NCBI GenBank assembly: GCA_002104905.1
Contig: MCFE01000492.1
Span: 1 to 64,000 of the forward strand
DNA length: 64,000 nt
Source: Basidiobolus meristosporus CBS 931.73
Lineage: Eukaryota > Fungi > Basidiobolomycota
Direction of reading: 5' to 3'
Position numbers and translations under genes: made by a program. Under the pieces are notes generated by a model. That model saw only the letters and a program-made list of their open reading frames with translations, was not told where the DNA came from and ran no database searches. Of this stretch, positions 36,261 through 48,755 are shown piece after piece (position 1 is the stretch's first letter; the number at the start of each line of letters is the position of its first letter).

Positions 36261-37646
36261 CTAACTATCGCTGGACTCCTCTACTTTAACACTTTGGGAC
36301 GGTGATCCTGGACTTTCTCCTGTGAGTTTACTCTTGGCACGGATTTTGTTTCTCAACGCCTCCATAACCTCAGCATGAGAAAGGGAGCGGCCTCGCTTGT
36401 GGCTGACTGGGTTGGTGTCATCGTCGGCCATTGGGTTGCTCGAATGTGCCCCGCTATCGGAGGCGTTGTCGACCTGAGGTGAATCTCTTTGTTGTGATGG
36501 TGACGGGAATTGTCGAGGCGTGCGTGGTGGCTGAGAGTTTGATCGATTTACGGCAGTCAATGAGTTTGCGGTGGATGTTGACACGCTCAATGAGACCGCC
36601 GGATTGGGTACTTGGACAAAATTTGGGGTCAGCATTTGCTGCTGCGTGTTCATGTGCTCTGGTAGAAGGCTGCCCGCGTTGCCCGGCTGGGGCGTAATAC
36701 CTAGTGGCGTATATTCTGCAGGTGAAGATTTCAACGGAGACATGAGACTGGGCGAGGTTGAATATCCTTGCATCATCCCGGCGGAGTCCATACCATTTCT
36801 ACAATAGGGTCATCAGGTTTAGTCAATCATGAATAGAGCGAAAAGAAACCAGCACATACTTAATTAAACGAATCAATACCTTAAAGATGCAAACATGCTT
36901 GCTGTTGATTTTGAGAGTTCGCAAAGATAACTAAGTAAATTACTCTAAAACAGGCGAGCGTGTTTATAGAACGTACCAGTCATCGGTGCAGTGAAATTGG
37001 CGGTCATTTGGCGCTGCTCCTTCAGGATCTCCAGCTCGATTTTTTTGGATTCAAGATGTAATTTCTCCGCCTTTCGTCGTTCTTCTTCACCTTTCCTCTA
37101 TTCAAAAGAAAAACAAAGGAAATTAAGCGATTGGTACTCATTAAGGAAGTGCTTTCCCAGGCTTACTTTATCTTCGGCAACCTTAGCCTCAAGAACACAA
37201 CGTAGCATATCCGGTTTGTCGGCATACTCTTGTAATATTTCTCTCAGGGAATAAATAGCGACATTCTGCGAATCGATGGGTGGCGTCATGCTTTGTGGGA
37301 GCGGCTGTTGAGATAGCACTTGTTGGGGAGCAGCTTTTTGCACATACTGCTGCTGGAGCTCCTGGGCCTGGTGCTGCTGAATCTGCTGCTGTAACTGTTG
37401 TTGCTGTTGCTGCTGCAACTGCTGCTGCTGCTGCAATTGCTGTTGTTGTTGTTGCTGCTGCTGTTGTTGCAATTGCTGTTGCTGAAGTTGGCGCAATTGC
37501 TCTTGTTGTAAGTGATGTTGCTGCATTTGCTGCTGCTGTAGCTGCCGTTGCTGTAGCTGCTGTTGGATTTGTTGGTCAGAATAATAAGCATACTGTGTAG
37601 CCATAGCTGATGTAGGTATTGTTGTGGGGTAGGTATTGGGATCCAT
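36261..37646 (-). CDS. PolyQ-containing hypothetical protein with a short conserved-looking helical segment, multi-exon
   Basis: Exon 1 has a long Q tract followed by LREILQEYADKPDMLRCVLEAKVAEDK. The next exon gives RKGEEERRKAEKLHLESKKIELEIL, and the last exon is S/P-rich and ends LRNKIRAK...SSDS. Confidence 0.75.
37345..37570 (-). repeat. Coding CAG/CAA trinucleotide repeat (polyglutamine)
   Basis: Mixed (CTG/TTG)n on the plus strand, translating to Q-runs interrupted by L/H/E/R. Confidence 0.9.
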
Positions 37647-39488
37647 TGAAGGAATTGTTCGAGGGAGGAAAGGTCAATTCAGCTTGTTATACAGAACAAC
37701 AGGCTTTCAACTCAACAAAAGAGAGCAGGAGAGTAAAATAGACCTGTTAAAAATAGATGAAAATAAAATCAAGCAAAAACGGAAGCTAAACATTGCTACT
37801 ATTTATAAGGCGATCTAATTTTACCATCACCAAAATGAATGTTCTATTTAGGGATTCTTTTTTCCATCTGATTTCCTGAAGTCAGTACATGGTTGATGGC
37901 AGCCAGACCCTTAGACCGAACAATTTGAATGGTATATTGAGCGCTAATTACTCCTCATCTGTTTCTCAAGGCGTCAAGGATCCACCCTGAATCTGACGAG
38001 ATGGTTGATCACAAGCTAATCGTCGAATGTAGAATCCATCATTGGCCGATTTGGGGATGATGGCATTATGTGGTGAGCATAGCAGTAGACTTCTTGGAAA
38101 GTTGGACGGAGGGCACGTTTAGAAAAGGGTGTGAATTTTCGGTGCTAGAGTTGGTTTACTCCTGGCCATTAGCGTTCTTGTGCGATGAACTTATTGCCCA
38201 ATGGCATCTCCCATTGGCGGATAAATATATGCGCTAAAAATAGCCGAATGAAACACAGTGGGTACGTATATATACACTGAACCATTATTTATACCATCAG
38301 AATTTGGTATTCATGATACTCTCGAACATGGGCCTGCGATCCCGGCTGATTGAATTTCCTCAGGACTGTTGCTCACGGAGCATTCATGTGCTGAGCATTG
38401 GATCACTCCAAGGATCAGTAAGCGCCTACCTAAACGGTCAATGACCACAGCTGTGTCATATGTAGGCAGGGTGTATTTTCGCTGGTTTGTGTAATTATCA
38501 CTAGGATGTCGGCGCTGTTTGAAGGCCGCCTCAATAAATGATCCCTCCAAAGCTTCCGTCAGCATTGGCTCTCCGTATGCACTGAGCCAGTAACACCGCG
38601 TGCGCTTGGCCTTCCAAAAGACCGACATCCACTGCCATGTCCGTGAATCCTCCGGTGTTACATACGTTTGATGACTCAGCTGGCTATGCCTAGATTCGGA
38701 TGTCTCATTTCGAGCCATGTTCCCTGTAAGTAAATCTAGCATACTCTAATCATCCAGTATTACGTATCGTCACCTATAGTCAAAATTACCGACCTTATCT
38801 CCATCCGCTTTTAGGCCAGAGTGCCTGCTGTGAGACATCAGTGGAGGCATGGCTCCTGTCCCAGGTACCACATAGATTTAGCAATGGTCTGTATCAAATC
38901 CTGGCTTGGGTGTAGTCATCGTTTCCAGCAGCCCCCACCACTGGCGAGCGCTGACAACACACATGGCCTGTATCGAGATCAATGCCTACGTAGGGGTTGC
39001 AAAATGGATTTTCTCTTGAATGTTCCCTTCGTAACAGGATGGCCAATTGATGTCTACAACCCCGATCTCTCATTGAGTGGCATGCGCATTGGATGCGAAT
39101 CCAGCGGGTGGTGTGCCATCAGTGTTGGAAATTAATGACTGTTTCTGATGAGTCGACTTTCGCAGATTCGATCGAATCCACCTGAATACTCTACAGGCTT
39201 GATCGTACGTAATCTGTTGATAAGATGGGCGCATAGTGGACAATCACATAATCCCGACATCTCTTCGATTTCCGACTTGGTTTCTGATCCGAGATCAGAT
39301 ACTATGCAGATTTCTCCGAGTATGGTCTAGAGTTCATCTGGGTTGGATGGCTTTCTGATGGAAGCAAGGCCTGGTTGGACACTGTTGCTAAACAACGTAT
39401 TGAGTGAGCCAGCACCCTCGTGTCGGGTATCATGTTATAGCCAGCCATATATATACAATGCCTCGCTGATGGGCGACTCCTAGTGAAG

Positions 39489-40428
39489 ATGATCCCCACC
39501 CGCTTGACACTCTTTAGTTTAGTGACTAGGCTTGCCGTCGTCTACAGTATTGAGGTGAAGGAGATCAAGAACGTGGTGATTTTCGGCGATTCCTACTCTG
39601 ACCATGAGAATCTTTTCTCGATTGGCATGAACACCTTTTTCCCGCAAATCTATGTGGAGGGGCATTTTACCAACGGATTAATGTGGCCCGAATACCTGCA
39701 GAATCGAACCAGCTGGAATTTCGAGAATTACTCGTTTGGCGGCGCTACTGGTATGGGCCCGTTCGATTTGCATCTGCATAGCCTGGTGGATTAACCGAAT
39801 TTATCCAGTAAGCAACACACTGATTCCTACTAACGCAGCTTTTCTGGGAGTGCCTGTCCCAAGCATCGAGCAGCAGATTGCGGCGCATAGGCAAAGGCTA
39901 CTAAGCAACCCAAACGAACTAGATCACAAAGATACGCTATATGTGGTGGCTGCCGTTGGGAATGACTACAATTGGGACCGCACCCCTGATCCATCGGAAA
40001 TCGTGGATCAGCTTGAGAATGCAACAATGCCGCTTCTCCAACCACCAATCAACGCGGACAAAATCATCTTTTGGAACGGGGGTTTTGAAAAGGTCCCAAG
40101 AAACCGAGTGTCCGAATGGAAATACCAACTGGCGCTCTTCCAGCGCAAGACCCACAACAAGAGGGTGGACGAGGTCGTGAAGAAGTACCAAGCACTGAAG
40201 CCAAATCTGAGGATCAAGATCTTTGACCTAGATAGACTGCTGACGGATGCGGTGAAGGATCCCCTGTATCCCAACAGTTACGAGCCTTGTATAGTAGCGC
40301 ACAAGGATGGACACAACTCCATCTGCCACTATCCAGAAAAGAGCGTTTTCTGGGATGACATTCACCCAACCACCAGTATTCATCGGGGCTTTGCCCGCGA
40401 GATGTTGAGCGTGATCAAAAGTCTATAG
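39489..40428 (+). CDS. Secreted GDSL/SGNH esterase-lipase; exons 39489-39750, 39809-40428
   Basis: Signal-like N-terminus; block I FGDSYSD, block II FGGAT, block III VGNDY, block V FWDDIHPT. The phase-1 intron joins in frame. Confidence 0.92.
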
Positions 40429-40749
40429 CCATAATAAACCATGCTTGCAACCATTCTGGGTGCAGATGCAGTACGAGACACCCGCCTGATGCCATTGTTT
40501 GGCACACTCATTTGGTGTCACTTTGTGTGTGCTCACTCGAGCGCATATACCCAGGAAATGGCCATTTTTCTTGGCATCTACTGTGGATAAATGAAATGTT
40601 CCCACCACCGTGATACAGAGCTAGAGTGGTATTTCCCAGGAATATCTTACCGAATAGTTTCGGTACGAAGTGCGCCCTCATTACGTGCCATGTTTGACGA
40701 TTTTATTGAAACACGGGCATATTGTGCCTTCTTGGTCCATGCATCCCTT

Positions 40750-41982
40750 CTATCCATTGGTTGGGTTTACGATGTATGCCATGATCAGCGGAACGTCTGT
40801 ACCTTTTTCCTTGATAATGAAAAAGAATGGCCGATTGCATTGGAACGTTTTGATTCGCGAAATGAATGGGACTCGCGCCAAAATCGTGTCTAGCGAGAGC
40901 CGGAAGAAGCCCCTGGCCTTAGGACCTAGAAGGAGTTCAATGAGCGATTCGGTTGTATTGTGATTTTAGTTGGTTGCCATACCGCGTTCAATTATCTCCA
41001 TATGTGCCTGATGCAGATACGCGGGTAGGGTTTTGGGCTTTGAGGAAAGGTACGGGAAGACGGTGGCTGGATTGAATATTGTGGTCACTTTGGCTCTCTC
41101 CAAGTAGGGGCGCAGATTCAGCCGAGCATCCAGCTTGAATTTCGGAATGTTGACGTTAATTCGATGCCTCCACCTATTTTTCTTAAGCGCGTTCGACCAA
41201 TCCCAAGGGCTCATCATTTGGTGAAACTCATGCAGCGCCATGGTACTTTTGGGAAGAATGAATGTCGCAGTAAATCTTTGGTCGTCGAAATCCATATCCA
41301 AAAGCTGGTACTTGTTATTTTCATAGTATGGGTAGGTTTGATCAACTTGACTCATCATTATGGAGTTGAAAAATTTCCCGTTGGGGGCATTGAACCTCTC
41401 AACCTTGCGATTCCCTGGAAGAAATGGGTTGGCCCAACCTGCCGCGAAATGAAGAGTACTCGTCAATAGTAGATCGTCCTTCCTGAAGGTGGCATCCTTT
41501 TGTATGATACCAGTAAGCTTCCCACCTGTAGTTTTTCTCAACCAGGTCTCTACTCCGTGTGGGCTTGGCACTTGATTAAAAGTATCGCACAGTAACTCAC
41601 GCCGCACGAGATTGCTAAAGCTTTTCTTAATGTCTCTCCCCCATAAGGAGTTCGCCAAAATCAGGTCAGCCTTGGTTTGGTTTGCTGAAACAGGCACCTC
41701 GTCGAACTTGTCAATCAGATCATAAAAGTAGGTTTTGAAGAATAACGTGTACACATGAATGTTCTGCTTGTCCTTCGGTTTATACAATCCGAACAGTTGA
41801 AGCAACTCCTGCACTGCCTGACTCTTATCGTAAGAGGCGTACATAAACATAAATAATGCCGAGAAGATAGAAAAGGGGGAAAACATTAAATTAGTATCTA
41901 CAGCATGGTCTTGTTGGAAGGACCCAAGCATGTTCATTCCTAAAGAGGTCACCAGCTCCTGGACTGTGCTGTTAGCATTCAT
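40750..41982 (-). CDS. Serpin-fold protein; main exon 41982-40983, last exon about 40917-40750, further 5' exon possible
   Basis: Serpin motifs FSPFSIFSAL, LANSLW, TGGKL, HFAAGWANPF, FILPK, IPKFKL and HQAHMEIIERG. The C-terminal signature FQCNRPFFFIIKEKG...IMAYIVNP is in a separate exon. Confidence 0.9.
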
Positions 41983-42555
41983 TAGATCAAGCCGTAGAGC
42001 AGGTTGAAGCGTTCTCTGGGAGTGAACACTACTCTTTTTGAGTTACTCTGCACCAGCAACGCTGTTTCAAACGGTTTGTGTTTGGGTCTCGTGGATGAAA
42101 CTAGTCGCAAAGCCACATGTCGGCCTGAGGGTGCCTTTCTCTATTGCATAGAAAAGAGACTCGCTTTTCAGAACCATGTGTGCAAGTCGCGAGCGTTGAG
42201 AGGACGCTCTGATGGCTCTGGGATATGGCATGACAATGCATCGGGCTCCATATTGACAACAGCTTGAATCACCATCAATGCCGTCAAATCAATTGTTAAC
42301 CATGAGTGTTCTCGTGTGTTAGATTGTATGTTCACGTTTTAATGAAAGTAATATGGTGGGGTTATAGATTCAAGGCAACGCCAAGGTGTGTCAACCCATC
42401 CAGAAAACCAGTAATGGGTCACCCATCGTTGAGTATCACCTGCAGGAGGTTGAGAGGCACATGGGCTACACATAGAATTGGCGCCAAGTTAGAGCCTCTC
42501 TACGCTTTGTTTGTAAAAAAGGATATGATTGAATGCAACGGCAGTGCAAAGGTAG

Positions 42556-44499
42556 CTATCGCTTAGCATCTCCATCTCTAGCTGAAGGCTTCGGAGGAAG
42601 CGGGTGAGGTTTGTGATTTGCACTATGATTGCGGCCGTGAGAGTGACCCGGCCTATCCCGACGATCCTGAAACGAGGCTCCCCCGCTTCGCTTGCTATCG
42701 TTTGGCTGCCGGAAGTTTCCAAACGATTCGGAGACATCATTGTTTCGGCCAGGCCGATGATGTGAGCTCTCCTGGGCTTTCTCGTCTTGCTTTTGTCGTC
42801 TCCTATCAAACTCGTGACTGGCCTCGTACACCGGCAGACTTTTGGTATGAATAGCCCTTGGTTAGTACCACTTTCTTTTGGAGAAATTGCATTGAATCTG
42901 ACGGTGCCAACGCACTGGTAACGTACTCGCTTGGATTGGCAGGTAGTGGTTCATACCAGAAGTAATCATGATCCAATCCCTCCTTGGCTGTCAAGCGCTT
43001 CTTGGGGTCCAGAGCTAGAAGTTTGTCTATCAAATCAACAGCATGGGCACCATATCTGCAACACGAGATTTAGCGACCCTGACCATAACCGAATCCGATA
43101 CTGCATCTTCACCTCTCAAACTCTTCTCTCAATTTACGCGCATAAAACTTGAACGATTTGACATTTTCGCAGCCACTGAGGTCCCTCCACCCAGGCATCG
43201 AGTCCTCAGATGGTGAGCCACACAGTCGGAATATCCGATCTAACTGGTCGATATCAGAGCTTCCGGGGAAAATCGGCTTGCCTTTCAGTATCTCGCCAAA
43301 TACACATCTGCATTAAGCTTATTAACAAACATTCGAGCGGCCAAGCGCGTACAATCATCTCGTTTACCCTACGCCCCATATGTCAATGGCTGTGGTGTAT
43401 TTCTTCTCACCCATGAGTAGTTCGGGTGGCCGATACCATCTAGTGACGACACAGTTGGTGTACTCTTTTTGCAACTCCACATCATACGGACGGGCCAGGC
43501 CGAAATCGGCAATCTTAAGTACCCCTTGGTTGTTGATTAGCAGATTCGCAGCTGAGAGGCAGGTTAGCGTGCGGTGATCAATGAGGAATAGGCTTCACGA
43601 ACTGCTCTATGCTTACCCTTCATATCTCTGTGAAGTATCTTATTCTGGTCAAAGAGGGCAAACTTGGTTGAATAAATGGCGAAGAGAGTGTGGTGTCAGA
43701 TTAATGATCATACATTGTGAAGATACATCATTCCTTCCAACAATTGGCGCATGTACAGCTTGATTTGTGGTACTGTAAAGGTCACATTGGAGTTCTCTAG
43801 CAAGCCAGCTAGATCGTGGTCCATGTAGGGGAATACCATATAGATAGCACCACGCTGTCTGTGTAGCCGGTTACCTAGGGTGGAAACCATAGGGTAAGAA
43901 GCAAGTACCACGCAAAGATCCAGCAATGTTAGAATCATACCTCTTAAGATGGCCATATCTATAAGATTTATCACGTTGTTGTGCTTCAATGACTTCAGTA
44001 TCTTTATCTCTCGTAGAGCAGTGATTGGAACCTGGAGTCACATATTGAAAACAACTGATCAGCCCGCAGTCTAACCAAAGGGCCTTTTGTGGATTACTCA
44101 CTCCTTCTTTTTCGTTATGCATTAGAATGCGCTTCAAAGCTACAACTTCACCGGTAGTCTTGTGGCGTGCTTTGTGAACCTCACTTTGTTGTGAGTTCCA
44201 AGCTTCGTTAGTGGGGTGTACATTAAGTAGACCACAGTGGACTTTAAACTTTAGACAGTCACCCACCCAAAAGTCCCTTCGCCGAGTTTATTTTCGATCT
44301 CGTACTCCTCGTAACGTGAGCAGCCACGAAATATTTTAGAGTCCCTTTGCTTGTAGAATGGCGAGGAGGTGCCTGGGCTATTGGCGATGTATGGGGAAGC
44401 GGGTACTGTTTGGGAGTTTCCATTGAAAGGACTATTGCCGTAGTTGGCCGAACGCTTCGCTTCAGGCTCATCGATGAACTCGTCCACAGCTCTCTTCAT
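42556..44499 (-). CDS. BUR1: CDK9-family transcription kinase Bur1/Sgv1, multi-exon
   Basis: [84 protein letters not shown]. Confidence 0.93.
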
Positions 44500-45504
44500 C
44501 GCGCAGGCCTGGCGATTTAGTAACTAACGGTCTTAAGTAAGGCGTTTTATGTTGAAAGGAAAGGACTAGGTCAAGCCAGAAAGTTGAGCACCAACCGTTG
44601 CAATCGTACCAAACGTTTTCCTGGCATTATCTTGAGAGATTTCCCAAGCGTTTAGCATATGGTTGACGTGATCAATGGCAATGGGCAATGGGCAATGACA
44701 CGCATTACATAATCCATCGAGTCCCATCGATTAATCCGCTTAATTGAAACTGTTACCGGTCCTGGTAATATTTAGAGGGTAGCTCAGGTGGTAATAGCCT
44801 TAACTGTTTTAAGATTGATGCTATTTTCGAGATTATCGAATCGGGTGAATTACGATTACTCGTTATGGAATTGGGCCGTCATGCAGCTCAACGACAATGT
44901 GATTAAGCAGGAGCGCTCATCACGCTAGTGTGCTTCCATGGGGTTACACCGCATCTAGAAGAGTCAAACACCAGAACACCAGCCTATCTTATTTGCACGG
45001 CAAGTGAATCGAGAATCACTTGCCTGGTGGGGGTTGCCATGTGCTAACGATGGTGGATGCTTTTCCTCCATTTGGCTATGGATGCTATGCGCGCGAAGTC
45101 GGGTGCCAATCTGATAATAATCGACCCTTGTAGGCCATATGCTAATAGCCGTCTGGGATGACTCATCGGTGTTGTCATATGGATTCCACGTTCAGCAATA
45201 TCCGGTTCCTTAGACCAAGTGCTACAGTTATTGGACAATGGCAGCTAATTTTTTTCAGTTCTTTTTATGGCTTTTTCTTCTCATATCTGATCAAAATGAT
45301 ATCGACCGTGTGTTCAATTGAAATGCGACTCGGATGTGGATGGTTGACAGAGCACAGATGTTAATGTTAGCTGGCCATTTTGCATTCCGGTTACCCAAGG
45401 ATTTAATTTATTAGCTTGGATCGATGGAGATCTCCCTCAAATGTGCTATTTAAATAGACACAAGAGTATGTGTTAAGACCTTTATCAGCATACAGCCTGT
45501 GCCA

Positions 45505-46752
45505 ATGGATTACGTTCAGACTCCCAGCGCTGAGGTGAAAAGTGCAAAGTTCACGTTACCGAACGACGGTAGCTTGCAGCTGTTCGAGAAAGGCTCGACC
45601 TTTGCAGATCTACTTTTTGGCTCGGTTTGTATTTCTTGGTGATTGTCCATATGGTGCCATTTAACCAACTTTCTTTGAAACTGGTAGGTTGCTGGAATGT
45701 TGGGAAAGCTCATAGAGTATCCCTTGGATACTGTAAAAGTCCGCCTCCAGTCTCAACCAGCGGGTCACATAATGTTCGAGGGTCCTTGGGACTGTCTGAG
45801 AAAGACTGTTCACCACGAGGGGTTTCTTGGGCTGTATCGAGTACGTTTTCATACCAATGTTTAAGACCGAATAGACTTTCTCACCTAGAGGCTACATTCC
45901 ATGGTAATAAGGGTCTTTCCTCACCCCTTGTCGGAGCTATGCTCGAGAATTCGGCCTTATTTGTTGGCTATGCTCAGGGGCAGAAGCTTATTCGAAAATT
46001 CCTACGTGGGGAGGACCTGGATGAGGCAGAGGGGTTACCTGAACTAACCCTTTCGGAGCTGTGTCTGGCTGGAGGATTCTCGGGGATTGCAGCAACTTTT
46101 GTGTTGACTCCTATTGAATTAATCAAGTGCAAACTGCAAGTTCAAGAGGCTCGCATGTACCGAAACTCGGTCTTGGCTGGCAGCCATACGCCTCATTTCT
46201 CGGGGCCAATCTCCGTCATTACACACACTTTGAAGAGCGAAGGTGTGGCTGGGTTTTATCGTGGGAATCTGCCTACCCTGTTCCGTGAAGTCGGCGGAGG
46301 AGCCGCTTGGTTTGGGGTTTATGAGGCTATTTGTCGGAGGTTAATAACACAGAAGCAGAAAGAAACTAAAACTGGAGAGGTCATAACTAAGGGTTCTCTT
46401 GGCGCAGGCCAGCTAATGTTTGCTGGCGCACTTGCCGGCATGTCGTACAATTTTGCGCTGTTCCCAGCGGACGTGATCAAATCACAGATGCAAACTGAAA
46501 TCGAGGTCGCTCCCTCGCAATATTCCCGGCAGCTCAAGCGCGGCATTCTCCAAATAGCCAAGGAGCTTTATGCCGCGGAAGGAATTCGTGGATTCTACCG
46601 TGGCTGTGGAATAACCGTGGCTAAGAGTGCGCCGACAAGTGCAATCATTTTCTTCACACACGTAAGTCGGATCTATTGACCCTCTATCGGGCCTCCCGTG
46701 CTTATTCTTTGTTATTTGCATCCAGGAAACACTAACACGGCGATTCACGTGA
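45505..46752 (+). CDS. ORT1: Mitochondrial basic amino acid (ornithine) carrier, multi-exon
   Basis: Carrier repeats [24 protein letters not shown] and [21 protein letters not shown] and [12 protein letters not shown] are typical of the Ort1/SLC25A15 clade. Confidence 0.85.
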
Positions 46753-47003
46753 GCTCGATGGTCCAAAGTATGCCAATGCCGTTGCCGCCATATATTCCCT
46801 GATGTATTATCAAATCCTTTCTTTAATCAAGACCCGATGCACCATACCTCCATCATTATATTAAATCTGTTGTCAATTCAAGTTTCAAAACACCGCCGTA
46901 CTTGGAAAGTTTTAGCACTGTAGTTAGGGGCAAATATCTAGATGGCCCAATCCGTTTATTCAATGCTGGAGTGGTGGGGATGGGCGAATCGATATTAGGT
47001 AGT

Positions 47004-48497
47004 CTAGTAGTAGAGCGAGCGAGTTAGATGGATGGGAATGTCTTTCAATTGCTCAGGATATGCCTTCGCGTAGTCCCAGACGTAAAAGTCGATTAGAATT
47101 GGGTTGACTTTACGATATTTAGATTGGTTCGGGAACTGGTCCATCAGTGTTTGTATTTCCCGACGTAAACACTCAACCGCCCAAATTGAGCATCCACGGA
47201 TTTCCACTTCCAGTCGATCTCCAGAGGGAATAATGGTGTTGCTTCTAAGCAGGGCGAGGAGGTCGCTGGAATACTCCAGAGCATTGAAGTGCACTAAAGC
47301 TTGCGGGACTCTGCCCGTCTGGGTGAGAGGTTGAACAGACGTCTTACATGGTTTTTGACTCTACCTATAATCGGCGAACATGGTGATTTCATCAATATCC
47401 ATAAACTCTCCTAGGCCTTGCCCTTCGAAGCATGCCCTACACATATATTCTTAGCACTGGATGTTGAATCCATTCCATCATATGTGACTATAGTACCAAA
47501 TATCGGCAATAAGTATCTGTGCTCTTTTGTAGATTTGAACTAAGGTAAGAGGCGGCTATTAATGTCGGGTAAATATGTGGACTGCGAACTAACAACGCAC
47601 CTTTTCTGCCACGAAAAAGGTGCTCGTCACGGTAAGAATTGAAGTTATCCACAATGATATGGAGCAGTTTCATGGCACTTTTCTCGGCCTGCTTGATGCA
47701 ATTGACAAAAGATCCACCGAATTTCTACATACGCAATCCATAAATAAGCGCCCAGCAACCCCAAGACATTTATGAATCTTACCTCTACAAGGACTGTTCC
47801 TACTTCGTGAAGTATGGCGAGCCTTTCCGATAGTAGAGGTATAGGTTCCTTCGTATCCGATCTAAAGATGTATGAGAGTTGCTCCTCGGTAATATCTTTG
47901 AATACTCTAGGGTCGGTGATGGAAACTCCCTCGGAGATTGCTGCACCATTGTGGACATTTAGCTCATGCGTATCAGAGGCCCTGGAGTCATGGTCCTCCT
48001 ACCTCTATTTATACTACAACATAAAGTCCAATATCCACGGTACGTATTTCCCTCATAACTGACTGCATATTGGTCGGCTGAATCATACTCCGACCAGAAA
48101 GAGAAATTCAAGGAATCGACCAGGAATATCCTCAAAACGTCAGCCATGTTAGAGGGTAACGAAAAGGATTTTGTATGCAAATCGGGATTACCAGTCGATA
48201 GCCTGCTCGTTGGCAACCTTTGGGTTCAATGGATGCGTTTTCCAGGTTGCCGTGGAGTATTCAGAGGTTTTCATATTTTCAAAGATCTGTTGGTAAAATC
48301 GATTATGCCGTGGCCTTCTCACATGTAAGCCCGGGGAGGATTACCTTTTGGGCTGCTCTTTTGATTCCGTCCTTCGGAACTCCGACATCCTTGCTGTTCT
48401 TCAGAAAAGTTACTTCTGTGTTTGGGTCGAAAAGGTTGGGGAACCAGGTTACCTCGTGAATATATTCGGCACTTGACAAAACTGGGTTGGAGCTCAT
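47004..48497 (-). CDS. QNG1: Queuosine nucleotide N-glycosylase / queuine salvage protein (DUF2419), multi-exon
   Basis: IFLVDSLNFSFW, YRGYWTLCCSINR, YKRAQILIADIW, ITMFADYR-VPQ, EVEIRGCSIWAVE, ILIDFYVWD, IPIHLTRSLYY. Confidence 0.93.
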
Positions 48498-48755
48498 GTT
48501 TTAGAGAAAAGCACAAGCTATCTATGAAGCCCCCAAGATTGAGAAGAGGGTAAAGTTTTTGTTGGGTGGATGTAGCCATAATTCATTGGATTTGGCATAA
48601 AAAAAATTCTGAATGTCACTACCAAGGAATCCTGTCAGAATCCAGTGGGAATACCAGGTAGAACAGCAAGGCAACACAAATCAACTGTCAATAATATATT
48701 GTTGTGTTCCAAAAATCCGTACATTCCGGATAATGGCATAATTAATCATTACCTA

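Noticed and set aside
44775-44840. tRNA-like start (TAGCTCAGGTGGTA) and a CTGTT loop
   Set aside because: The D-stem does not close, there is no GTTCRA T-loop, and there is no acceptor stem.
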